Made by a program: the position numbers and the translations under genes
DNA from: an uncultured delta proteobacterium
Lineage (GTDB): Bacteria > Myxococcota_A > Polyangia > Polyangiales > B10-G4
Reading direction: 5' to 3'
NCBI GenBank assembly: GCA_963727445.1
Contig: CAVSGI010000010.1
Coordinates: 640,001 to 704,000, forward strand
Length of the DNA stretch: 64,000 bases
In this document: in pieces, positions 20,286 through 29,658 of the stretch
How positions within the stretch are numbered: the first letter of the stretch is position 1
Layout: each line of letters begins with the position of its first letter
The notes under the pieces: model-generated
Seen by the model: only the letters and a program-made list of their open reading frames with translations
Told to the model about the DNA's origin: nothing
The model's database searches: none

Positions 20286-22385
20286 TCAGGGCGTGACGTC
20301 GATTCCGCCGAATGCCGGCGCGCCGGGCACGGGGAGCGTCGTCGCGTCCAAGTTCGTCTCGTTGTCGCGAAAGCGGACTCCGCGAGCGATGACGTCGAGG
20401 TCGGCGCCCGCGACCTGTACGCAGAGCCCGAGCGGAGAACCGGCGACCAGCCCATCTTCGAAGCGCGTGCTCAGCATCTGGTCGGAGCTCGTGGTCGTCA
20501 GCAGCATGCCGCAGAGCGAGCTGCCGACAATCTCGAATCGCGAGAGCGAGAGATCGCTGGCACCTGCCACCAGGCCGTAGCCGAAGGGGGTGTCGGGACA
20601 AGACGTCGCCGCGCACACCGAGGCGACCATGCCGACGGAGACGTCGGAGAGATCGAGTGTCGCCTCGTTCACCGCCCCCAGGCCTAGAGTGTGAGCGTTC
20701 TCGATGCGAACCCGGGCGCCGCGCAGCGAACCGCCCTCCTGCACGTGAACCCCCGCTCCGAGGAGCGGGTCCTCCGCCGTACCGACCGGGTCGCGAACGA
20801 CGAGGTCCTCCACGTCCCCGGAGGCGCCGTCGACAAGGAGCCCGAGATCGTGGTTCTCCGCCATGAGCACGCGGCGGATCATCACCGACCCCGAGAGTCC
20901 GATGAGCGCGCCGCGCCCCCCGAGACCATCGTTTTCGGCCGGGAGGGTGTCATAGATGGCTGCGTCCTCGAGGAAGACCTGGGCCTCCGTGCCCGCGAGG
21001 ATGGCGACGTCGCGGTTGCCGGAGAGTACGCCACGAGTCACGCGGATCACCGCGCCCTCGCCTCCGAAGACGCCGAATCCGCCGGTGCCGTCCGCTTCCT
21101 CGGCGAGGGTGTCGCGAATCACGACATCGCTCAGCAGGACCTCGGTGCCTTCCTCGACCGCGAAGATCGCCTCCGCCCGATTTCCAGCGACGACCACGCG
21201 TTCGGCGACGACGCGCGACGCCTCCTGCGCGTTGATGCCGCGACCATGAACGCGGCTCGATTGAAGCGATCGGGTGTTGCGGACGATCGAATCGGTCAGC
21301 GTGATCACGGCGCCCGCTCCCTTGGCGACGACTCCCACGTCGTGATTTCCGTCGATCACCACCCGTGAGAGAGTGACCTCTGAGCGGGCCCCCTGGACGA
21401 AGACGCCGAAGCCATTGTTGCCGGCGCCACTCGGTTGCGTGTCCCGGACGAGGGCATCCGTGAGGGTGAGCTCGATGTCGTCCCCGATGGCGGCGAGGCC
21501 GTAGCCCACGTTGGCATCCAGGATCACCCGCTGCGCGTCGAGGCGTACGCCGCCTCCATCGATCACGATCCCCCGGCCCCGCCCGCCGACGCTGGTGCTC
21601 TCCGTGGTCTCCCGGATCACGACGTCTCGCAGCGACACCTCGGCGTCCGGGCCATCGACGTAGAGACCGCGGCCCAGGGGTGTGTTCACCGCGACCGCCT
21701 CGACCTCGAGCGAACGCCCACCCGGAACCACCAGAGCGTTCTGCATCGGATGATCGATGGTCAGCTCGCGGACCACCGCAGCCTCACCCCCGTTCTGTAC
21801 GCTGATCAGGATCGCCAGGGGTGGGCTCGCCCCTTCGAGGATCGTCTCGGCGGCGCAGGCGCCGACCAGACGCACGCCAGCGCGGAGGGGAATGGTCCCG
21901 GCGAAGCGTCCTTTGGAGAGGGCCACCGTGTCGCCTGGCGAGAGCGTGGCCCAGGGCACCTCGTCGAGGGAGCCGAACGGCGCTCCCATCGAGCCGTCAC
22001 CTCCGGTCGGTCCCGCCTGGACGTAGAGGACACCGCTCGCCGGGAGATCCTCCGCGTAGTCTCCGCTCGGGCAGGCGCTTCCCAGCGGGCGACAACCGGG
22101 CTCCCCGGGGAAGTGGGCTTCGCCCGGACCGCAGGTCGCGGGGCCGTCGTCCGGATAGGGCTCGCACTCCACGACGCGGCGGTCGACCTCGCGCCAGCCC
22201 TCCGGGCAGGGAGCGAGCGCCACCGGTGGCACGCCATCGCTGAGCCAAGGGATGTCGGGAGGGAGGAGGACGGCATCGGCGGCGCCCGCATCCACGACGA
22301 GCCCCGTGTCAGGGGTCGATGCGTCGTCGCCGCCACACGCTCCGAGGAGCGCCGCGAGCGTCGCGAGGGTCGCGGTTCGCGCCAC
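20286..22385 (-). CDS. Lipoprotein with right-handed parallel beta-helix repeats
   Basis: Lipobox LGAC; Cys-rich region; repeated (L/V)xDxxIRDT...G.GxGxxx units; ends NLDATTLPVP. Confidence 0.8.
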   Translation of the reverse strand: MARTATLATLAALLGACGGDDASTPDTGLVVDAGAADAVLLPPDIPWLSDGVPPVALAPCPEGWREVDRRVVECEPYPDDGPATCGPGEAHFPGEPGCRPLGSACPSGDYAEDLPASGVLYVQAGPTGGDGSMGAPFGSLDEVPWATLSPGDTVALSKGRFAGTIPLRAGVRLVGACAAETILEGASPPLAILISVQNGGEAAVVRELTIDHPMQNALVVPGGRSLEVEAVAVNTPLGRGLYVDGPDAEVSLRDVVIRETTESTSVGGRGRGIVIDGGGVRLDAQRVILDANVGYGLAAIGDDIELTLTDALVRDTQPSGAGNNGFGVFVQGARSEVTLSRVVIDGNHDVGVVAKGAGAVITLTDSIVRNTRSLQSSRVHGRGINAQEASRVVAERVVVAGNRAEAIFAVEEGTEVLLSDVVIRDTLAEEADGTGGFGVFGGEGAVIRVTRGVLSGNRDVAILAGTEAQVFLEDAAIYDTLPAENDGLGGRGALIGLSGSVMIRRVLMAENHDLGLLVDGASGDVEDLVVRDPVGTAEDPLLGAGVHVQEGGSLRGARVRIENAHTLGLGAVNEATLDLSDVSVGMVASVCAATSCPDTPFGYGLVAGASDLSLSRFEIVGSSLCGMLLTTTSSDQMLSTRFEDGLVAGSPLGLCVQVAGADLDVIARGVRFRDNETNLDATTLPVPGAPAFGGIDVTP

Positions 22386-22492
22386 GCCACGAGGTTATCA
22401 CTGACGGGGCGACTATTTCCGCCGCAGCGGAGATGCAGGAATGAGGCCGGAGAGGATAGGCGCGGAAGCGACGAACCTCTACCATCCGCAAC

Positions 22493-23269
22493 GTGAGGCT
22501 CATGCTCCCACCCGACCGTGGAGAGGTCGCAGCCACCGCGCGCGCCGCGGTCCTGACGGATTGGATGGGCGGCTGGCTCGGTGAACGGGTGGAGGTGACC
22601 GTCGCGAGAGACTACGGGCAGCTCGCCGACGTCGTGTCGAGGGGCGAGGTCGAGATGGCCTGGGTGACGCCCTTCGTGGCGTCGCGGGTTCGGCTCCTCG
22701 TGAGCCGGCTGCTGACCATCGTGCGCTACGGGGCCACCGGCTGCGCAGCCACCTTCGTAGTCCATCGTGACTCGGACATCTCGTCGCTCCGAGATCTGCG
22801 GGGCAAGCGAGCCAGCTGGGTCGATCCCCTCTCCATGAACGGTCACCTCATGGCGCTGAAGCACCTGGAGAAGAGCGGATTCGATCCGTCGGCCCACTTC
22901 TCGGAGCAGCACTTCGCCGGAAGCTACCGCGCAACGCTCTCGGAGGTCGCCGAGGGCCGGGCCGATGTGACCTCCTTCTTCGTCGTTGCCAACGACCGGG
23001 ACATGACGCTCCGCGAGATGCGAGAGCTGCTCGGAGCGCGCGCAGAGGACCTGGCGATCCTGGAGATCACGGATCCCGCGCCCTTCGACGCGATCGCCCT
23101 ACCCAGCGGGCCCCGCGCGAGCTTCCTCGCCGGCGAGCTCCTGAAGCTCGATCAGAAGATGAGCCCGCCCGCGATGCTCCTCGAGGTCTGTCGCGCCGAT
23201 CGCTTCATCGACGCCGACCTCGACGCCTACGCGGGCTTCGACGAATACGTCGACCTCACGTCGCTCTGA
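22493..23269 (+). CDS. PhnD-like phosphate/phosphonate substrate-binding domain protein (orphan, no signal peptide)
   Basis: DLRGKRASWVDPLSMNGH, FAGSY..VAEGRADV; no ABC permease or ATPase nearby. Confidence 0.75.
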   Translation: MRLMLPPDRGEVAATARAAVLTDWMGGWLGERVEVTVARDYGQLADVVSRGEVEMAWVTPFVASRVRLLVSRLLTIVRYGATGCAATFVVHRDSDISSLRDLRGKRASWVDPLSMNGHLMALKHLEKSGFDPSAHFSEQHFAGSYRATLSEVAEGRADVTSFFVVANDRDMTLREMRELLGARAEDLAILEITDPAPFDAIALPSGPRASFLAGELLKLDQKMSPPAMLLEVCRADRFIDADLDAYAGFDEYVDLTSL

Positions 23270-23342
23270 GCGGGCGTCGGGCGCCGCACCTGCAGCTCCT
23301 CCATCGCAGCCGCAGTCCCCGCAGAGTCGCCGAATCCCGACG

Positions 23343-24773
23343 TCAGGGTTCGAAGAAGACGTCGAGATCCGAGTCACTGCGGGGGACGTCCTCGTGCTCG
23401 CCGCGTGCGTTCTCGACATGCACCGTGCCATCGCCCGGGAACGAGAGCTGCGCTCGCGCCTCGATGGTGCGCGCGCCGCCTTCGATGACGTCTCTGACGT
23501 GCTCGGCGATACGAACGCAGCGGAGCGCGACGGTGGCCAGATCTCTGCAGACCAGATAGCCCTCCTCTTGGAGCTCGTGATCGACGTCCTCCTCGTCGTC
23601 GTACGCGCGCTCGGTCTCGTAGTGGAGCAGCAGCTCGGGATCACCGCCCCCGACGAGCTCGCGCAGCGCCGGATCCCGGGTGTGGAAGTGCATGGTGCCG
23701 CTCATCTGGTTGCCGTTGAAGGGACCATCCGCGATCTTCGGGCCCTGCCACCAGCCCGCCTCGGTCGCGATGGCGAGGTGGTGACTCTCCATCTGCTGGG
23801 GTCCGCGCTCGAGCTTCAGCACCGCGACCTCACGAAGCGCGCCACCCGCGGGTGCTTCGAGCCGGTATGGGACGGTGAGCGTGCAAGCATCCTCGGAGTC
23901 GACGTCGCCTTCACGACAGCGCAGGGCTTCGCGCCCGACGGCCTCCGGCGAGGGCAGGGGTGTGAAGGCCGGGGCTCGTTGGCGCGGCGCGCGGCGACCG
24001 CCCGGCGGTGGCGGCGCGAAGACCGAGCTGCAGGGCTCGAGCAAGCGCGACAGGCACTCGCCGAGATAGCGGCCGGGCGCGCGGTCCACGTACGCGGGCG
24101 GGTCCGGATCCGACACCCAGACGCCGTCCGGAAGGCGCAACACCTGGAGAAGCTGCTGTGGGTCCCACGGATTCGAAACGGCGTTGGGAAAGGAATCCGC
24201 ATCGCTCGCGTACGTGAAGAGGCGCTCGTCGGAAGTGGCGACGCGCCCGTGGTCGTCGTAGCGGCACGTTCGCACGCGTGGCTGTCGGTCTTCGAATCCG
24301 TCTTCGATGCTGACGGGCCGCCCGCGCTCGTCGTAGGTCCAGCGGACGATTCTCACGCCTTCCTCCGGGTCATCGTAGCGCGCCTCGACCTGGCGGGAAT
24401 CCTCGTCTTCCGCGTAGGTCACGCGCGTTTCGAGAAGCGGTCCCTCCTCGCCCATTCCCTCGACGGCCTCGCGTTGAATCCTGACGACCCGCCCGCGCTC
24501 GTCGCGCAGGTACCGCTCTTCGTACTGCGTGCCCGCGGCGTCGCTGGCCTCGTAACGCGCCGTCGGAAGCCCTTCGGCGTCGAAAGAGATCTGCTCTTCG
24601 GATTCGGGGAGGAGCAAACGGCACGTGCTGACCGTGTCCCGCGCAACGGGCTCGCTCGGTCGGGCCCGCGTCGGAACCGCGCCTGCCGCGGTGGGCGGGG
24701 CGACCCCCGTCGCCGGCCCCGACCGCGACCCACAGCCGACGGCAAGCAGAGCGAGGATGAGCGGTCGAAGCAC
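23343..24773 (-). CDS. Lipoprotein with YD/RHS-like repeats
   Basis: Lipobox AVGC at the GTG 24773 start; repeats FDAEGLP, RDERGRVV, TYDERGRP, YDDHGRV. Confidence 0.65.
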   Translation of the reverse strand: MLRPLILALLAVGCGSRSGPATGVAPPTAAGAVPTRARPSEPVARDTVSTCRLLLPESEEQISFDAEGLPTARYEASDAAGTQYEERYLRDERGRVVRIQREAVEGMGEEGPLLETRVTYAEDEDSRQVEARYDDPEEGVRIVRWTYDERGRPVSIEDGFEDRQPRVRTCRYDDHGRVATSDERLFTYASDADSFPNAVSNPWDPQQLLQVLRLPDGVWVSDPDPPAYVDRAPGRYLGECLSRLLEPCSSVFAPPPPGGRRAPRQRAPAFTPLPSPEAVGREALRCREGDVDSEDACTLTVPYRLEAPAGGALREVAVLKLERGPQQMESHHLAIATEAGWWQGPKIADGPFNGNQMSGTMHFHTRDPALRELVGGGDPELLLHYETERAYDDEEDVDHELQEEGYLVCRDLATVALRCVRIAEHVRDVIEGGARTIEARAQLSFPGDGTVHVENARGEHEDVPRSDSDLDVFFEP

Positions 24774-24864
24774 CGGCGGAGTATAGGGACCATGAGGCTC
24801 GGGTTTCCAGCCACGTCCCTGGGGAACGTCCGTTCGCATTCGGCGCATGGTGTATGATCATCGA

Positions 24865-26370
24865 GTGCGGTCGTCGTTCACCATCCCCTTGGCGGTTTTC
24901 GCCGCCATCGGGTGCGGCGGCGGGGACGGTTCCTCGCTCCTCGTCGATCTGAAGACGGATTTGCGGCCGGGGGTCGAGTTCGCCGCGGTCGAGCTGGAGC
25001 TCTTCGAGGGACGGCCCAGTGACGAAGCGGCTCCGATCCGCGAGCAGCGCGTCTCGGTGAGCGTGCTCGACGACGTGATCGAGGCACATCGGATCGCCGA
25101 CATCAGCGGCCTCGAATCTGGCGACCACGGCCTTGTCGCTACTCTCGTGGACGCGACGGGCGGCTTCGTCGCCCAGCGCACGATTCTCTTCGAGCTCAGC
25201 GGGACTCTCGGGGTCACGGTCCTCATCACGCGCGATTGCCGCAGCATCCGCTGTCCGACGGCCACCGATGCGCCGGAGGCGACCTCGTGTCTGGGAGGGG
25301 TATGCGTGGATCCGGGCTGTGCGGGCGCGTCCTGCGGCGGTGGGGGTTGCACCACGGGCGGCGAATGCGCGGCGGCCGATCCGTGCGCCACCCCTTCGTG
25401 TGACGAAGGCGTCTGCTTCTACCGTCCGGACGACAGCTCCTGTGGCGCTGGGCAGGTGTGCATACCGGATCGGGGTTGCGTCGCGACGGCGACAGATGCC
25501 GCTCCGATGGACACGGGCGTGCCGGATGCTGCCGTCGATGGCGGTGATGCGGGAGACGCCGGAGACGCCGGAGATGGGGGCTGCACCCTCGGGCCGTTCT
25601 CGTCGCCCGAGCCCCTCACGACGCTCAACTCGACGAGCTTCGATTGCTGCCCGACCGTCACCGCCGACGGGCAGGAGCTCTACTTCGTGAGCAACCGCGC
25701 CACCGGGCAGCTCTTCCACTCGACGCGAAGCACCGCCGGCGTGTGGGCGGCGCCCGATGTGGTGGATGAGCTGGGGGACATGGGTACGATAGGTGAGCCA
25801 GCGGTGACCGGCGATGGGCTCACTCTCTACTTCGAGTCGGACAGAGACAGCCCATCCAACTTTCAGCTCTACGTAGCTACGCGTGGCGCACGTACCGAGA
25901 GCTTCGGTACGCCGTCACTCGTCGGTGGCGAGCTGACGACGCTGGTCGACCCTCGAGGCGTCACGGTCACCGGCGATCATCTCGAGCTCTTCCTCACGGT
26001 CGGAAACGAAGGATCCACGGGGCAGATCTGGCGGATGACCCGCGATGACCTCTCGGCAGAGTGGTCCGGCGCGCTGCCGGTGGACTCGACCCTCACGGGC
26101 ATGTTGGCGAGCTTCCCCGGTGTGTCCCGCGACGGCCTCGAGCTCTTCTATCAGATGAGCGACGCGGGCGCCCCGAACGATGTCTACGTAGCGCGCCGAC
26201 CAGATCGCGACTCACCTTTCGGCACTCCGATCCCGGTCCCCAGCCTCTCGCGCGCCGGGATCGACGAAGGGGACCCTGCGGTGACGCTCGAGGGCCGCGA
26301 GCTCTACCTGAACATCACGAGCCCGACCGACGACACCGACATTTTCGTGGCCCGGCGCGAGTGTCTTTGA
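24865..26370 (+). CDS. Lipoprotein: Ig-like N-domain, Cys-rich repeats, C-terminal PD40/TolB-like propeller
   Basis: Lipobox AIGC; five P(T/A/G)V(T/S)xDGxEL(Y/F)-type repeats. Confidence 0.8.
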   Translation: MRSSFTIPLAVFAAIGCGGGDGSSLLVDLKTDLRPGVEFAAVELELFEGRPSDEAAPIREQRVSVSVLDDVIEAHRIADISGLESGDHGLVATLVDATGGFVAQRTILFELSGTLGVTVLITRDCRSIRCPTATDAPEATSCLGGVCVDPGCAGASCGGGGCTTGGECAAADPCATPSCDEGVCFYRPDDSSCGAGQVCIPDRGCVATATDAAPMDTGVPDAAVDGGDAGDAGDAGDGGCTLGPFSSPEPLTTLNSTSFDCCPTVTADGQELYFVSNRATGQLFHSTRSTAGVWAAPDVVDELGDMGTIGEPAVTGDGLTLYFESDRDSPSNFQLYVATRGARTESFGTPSLVGGELTTLVDPRGVTVTGDHLELFLTVGNEGSTGQIWRMTRDDLSAEWSGALPVDSTLTGMLASFPGVSRDGLELFYQMSDAGAPNDVYVARRPDRDSPFGTPIPVPSLSRAGIDEGDPAVTLEGRELYLNITSPTDDTDIFVARRECL

Positions 26371-26402
26371 ATGAGCTCGCCGCCAGCCGGCGCGAGAAGT
26401 TG

Positions 26403-26744
26403 TCAGGGGGATTCGGAGTGGATGACCGTCGCGTTCAATCCGTTCGCGTCGATGGCATTCTGAACGAGGCTCCGGGCCCGTTCGGCATCACACGAGGAAG
26501 CCGCAACCGTGAGGCCCAACGAGCCGTACTCGATGATGTCGATGCCCTCCTCTTCCAGGAGTGCACGCAGGCGCTCACCCGTTGCGACGTCCCCGTTCAG
26601 GTATTGGGCGATGGGGAGCATTTCTTCTTCGGCCTCGCAGTCCGATTCGACGGAGCTCGTCGGGCTGCGCGTGGCGGTCCCGCTGCACGCGAGGGTCGAG
26701 CTGCAGGCCAACAACAGTAGGCCACACGGGTACACGATGTTCAT
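26403..26744 (-). CDS. small lipoprotein, hypothetical
   Basis: ATG 26744 gives MNIVYPCGLLLLACSSTLAC. Confidence 0.5.
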   Translation of the reverse strand: MNIVYPCGLLLLACSSTLACSGTATRSPTSSVESDCEAEEEMLPIAQYLNGDVATGERLRALLEEEGIDIIEYGSLGLTVAASSCDAERARSLVQNAIDANGLNATVIHSESP

Positions 26745-26791
26745 GCGTGCTCTTGGACGTCGCACTTCACAAAAAGGTCTCCCCTGAGGTC

Positions 26792-27589
26792 TCAAGGGCA
26801 GGAGAGCGCCGAGATCTCCGCGGCATCCCAAGCACTGATCTGTCCGAAGTCCATGAACGCCCAGTATGGGGTCCCCTCGATGTGGAGCGTGCAGCCAGTG
26901 GCGAGGGGGTAGGAGTCCCAGAGCGTGGTGGGCAAGCGGAGTTGGAGAAGCGGCTCCCCCGTGACTCCCGCTGTCTCGACGACGGCGCGGGTGAAGGCTT
27001 CTCCACCTACCTCGGGGGTACCGGTGATCGTGAGATCGACGGCGATGAGCTCGTGCGCGTAGTCCTCGAGACTCGAGACGAGATCCGCCGCGGAAGACAC
27101 GTCCTGGACCAGTCCGCTGATGTCGTTATCGGAGGACGTGACGACCAGCTCCGTGATCGCGCTGGCTCGCTTGTGGCCGATCCGCGTCTCCACCGCGGTG
27201 ACACGAAAGCTGACCATGTCGCCCGCGGATACCGATGATGGGTCGACCTGCACCACCAATGCGGGCCCCATTGGCTCGGACTGCACGAAGAACCCGGGGA
27301 TGTCGACGCCGATGGCGGGCCTCACGTAGGTCACCAACACGTCTTCGATCCTGACGTTTGCCGGGCCGTCGGGTGACGAGAGCGCCGCCTCGATGCCGAC
27401 GAGCTCCATTCCCGTGTCCGCGGTCGCATCCCCGTCTGGGGCAGCGTCGGGCATCGGCGTGTTGGTATCGATGGCGGAATCGGCGACGCCGGTGTCCAAC
27501 GTGCCGGTGTCGGCCGTGGCGCCGTCATCACCACACGCGAGCGCGATTGTCGAAAATGCGATCAGCGTCCACTTCCATGCTCTGGCCAT
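26792..27589 (-). CDS. Lipoprotein with putative OB-fold-like domain
   Basis: Lipobox ALAC, Asp/Thr-rich linker, VTYV..GFFVQ..VSAGDMVSF motif. Confidence 0.65.
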   Translation of the reverse strand: MARAWKWTLIAFSTIALACGDDGATADTGTLDTGVADSAIDTNTPMPDAAPDGDATADTGMELVGIEAALSSPDGPANVRIEDVLVTYVRPAIGVDIPGFFVQSEPMGPALVVQVDPSSVSAGDMVSFRVTAVETRIGHKRASAITELVVTSSDNDISGLVQDVSSAADLVSSLEDYAHELIAVDLTITGTPEVGGEAFTRAVVETAGVTGEPLLQLRLPTTLWDSYPLATGCTLHIEGTPYWAFMDFGQISAWDAAEISALSCP

Positions 27590-27654
27590 GGCCGCGAACT
27601 ACGCACAGAAGCATGGGAGTCAACACTTCAGACGCTCCCGAAGTTGCCGGGCAC

Positions 27655-29118
27655 TCACGGCCCCACCGGCCCCAGGTAGAGATTCGCCCGCGTCGCCGTT
27701 CCACACCCCGTGTCGTCTCCATCGACGGCGGCCGCGACCACGACGCGCCCATCGCGCAGGACACCCACGGCACGCCCGATGTCCGCACCCGGGGTGCCCA
27801 ACGGGTCGCTCCATCGATGAGCACCAGAAGCGGTGTCGAGTGCGACCACGAACGCGTCGGCTCCCTCGGTGACGAGGGAACCGCCGCCGAAGTCGACGGG
27901 GCCCTCGAAAGCGCCAGTGAAATAGACGGTCGAGCCGGTCGTGATCGCGCGACGGCCTTCGTCACAGCCGGGCCCGCCGAAGCTCTTCTGCCAGCGCACC
28001 ACGCCGTCGCGGTCGTAGGAGACGATGAAGATGTCGCGGCTGCCCTGGCCCGTCAGCGCTCCACCGCCCGGGTCGATGTCCGCGGTGCCCTCGAAGTAGC
28101 CCGAGACATAGAGGCTTCCGGCGTCATCGACCGCGACGTCGTTACCGTAGTCGAAGCCACTGGCGCCGAAGGTGCGCGACCAGCGGTAGACGCCATCCTC
28201 GGTGAGGGCCAGGACGAACGCGTCCTGGATACCTCGATAGGGCTCGGCCCCGCCGCCGAAGTCGAGCATGCCCTCGTAGAAGCCGGTGGCGTAGATGCTC
28301 CCGTCGCTCGCGACCGCCACGCCGCGGCAGCTGTTGAAGCGCACGTCGCCCCACGCCCTCGACCAGCGGTCGCTGCCGGATGGTTCGATGAGGGCCACGA
28401 AGCAGGCGGCGGTCGCTCCCGTGCTCAACATCCCACTTCCGAAGTCGATGGTGTCACCGAAGGATCCGACGAGGACGACGTCCACGCTGCCGATGCGCGC
28501 GAGCTTCCCGCCGCCGTCGTCCCCGGCGCCACCGTAGGCGAACGATGCCTGGTGCTCGCCGGTCCGGGACATGCGCATCAGGAAGACGTCTCGCCCCCCG
28601 GCGCTGGTCTTCGTCCCACCGCCGAAGTCCACCATTCCGGTGAAGAAGCCGGTGACCCAGAGGTCGCCCGCGGAATCGAGGAGCACGGCTTCGCCTTCGT
28701 CCCGGGTGGCGCTCCCCCAGGTTCGCGTGAATCGATGCGCGCCCGTCTGCTCGTAGCTCACGACGAAGGCGTCGCGCTCTCCCACGCTCGCGCGGTCGCC
28801 GTCCCCGAAGTTCGCGGTTCCGTCGAAGTAGCCGGTCAAGTAGATCGCCCCGCTCCCGTCGACGACGAGGTCCTGAACCTGAATGCGACCATCGCCGACG
28901 GAAACGCGCGGCCACACATCCGGGCCGCCAGCATCGGCGTCGGTCGCCGCATCTCCGGCGGCGTCGGCTACGGCGTCGGCTCGCGCGTCGGCGTCCCCCG
29001 CATCGAGCGTCGCGTCGACGGTTCCGCCGTCCTCGCCCCGGCCCTCGTCGAAGCCGATCCGCCCGCACCCCACGAGTAGGAGCGCGGCGACGACCACACC
29101 TGCGCGGCCGGGAGTCAT
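27655..29118 (-). CDS. SBBP-type beta-propeller repeat lipoprotein
   Basis: GCGRIGFD lipobox; about seven repeats of VDxxGxxYxTGxFxGxxDFGGG..DAFV. Confidence 0.8.
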   Translation of the reverse strand: MTPGRAGVVVAALLLVGCGRIGFDEGRGEDGGTVDATLDAGDADARADAVADAAGDAATDADAGGPDVWPRVSVGDGRIQVQDLVVDGSGAIYLTGYFDGTANFGDGDRASVGERDAFVVSYEQTGAHRFTRTWGSATRDEGEAVLLDSAGDLWVTGFFTGMVDFGGGTKTSAGGRDVFLMRMSRTGEHQASFAYGGAGDDGGGKLARIGSVDVVLVGSFGDTIDFGSGMLSTGATAACFVALIEPSGSDRWSRAWGDVRFNSCRGVAVASDGSIYATGFYEGMLDFGGGAEPYRGIQDAFVLALTEDGVYRWSRTFGASGFDYGNDVAVDDAGSLYVSGYFEGTADIDPGGGALTGQGSRDIFIVSYDRDGVVRWQKSFGGPGCDEGRRAITTGSTVYFTGAFEGPVDFGGGSLVTEGADAFVVALDTASGAHRWSDPLGTPGADIGRAVGVLRDGRVVVAAAVDGDDTGCGTATRANLYLGPVGP

Positions 29119-29221
29119 CGGCGTGCGCGGCGACGTCTTCGAGCGCATCGGACCAGTGTCCAGGAGCCCCCGTGTGTGTCAACCGACCCGACCATCAGTC
29201 GAACGGGGGCACCACTCCGCC

Positions 29222-29503
29222 TCAAAGCCCCGAGAACAAGTCGAGGGCGTGCGGCAGGTCGGGGACGTCGCCGCCGTCCTGGTAGGGCAGGTCCTCCATG
29301 ACGAGGTCGATCTCGGCGAAGAGCTCGACGCGCTCGTCCGGCATCTCGAACGTGAGCGAGCCCGGCTGCTCCTCGGTGATGACCGCGCGGGCGAGCTCCT
29401 CACCGGGCCCGTAGAGAGTGACGAACGCGAACGCGCCACCCGCGAGCAGGATGACCAGGCCGACGAGGAACGTCACGAATCGCTTCTGGGTCAATCGGCG
29501 CAC
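29222..29503 (-). CDS. small membrane-anchored hypothetical protein, possibly truncated
   Basis: 3' part of ORF 29222..30085: basic N-terminus, TM FVTFLVGLVILLAGGAFAFV; TATCAT 6 nt upstream. Confidence 0.45.
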   Translation of the reverse strand: MRRLTQKRFVTFLVGLVILLAGGAFAFVTLYGPGEELARAVITEEQPGSLTFEMPDERVELFAEIDLVMEDLPYQDGGDVPDLPHALDLFSGL

Positions 29504-29658
29504 GCGCACATGATACCGCCGATGCTTGGTCGGCTCTCCCCCCGGTTCCAGGCACGTCTGAAGCCAACCCGGACGCCCGAGCATCCGAGTTGAAGTTGGC
29601 GTCGACGGGCTCGAGCCCGCGCCGCTCGCATCGAGTCTAGACCCCGCGCGGGCGCTGT

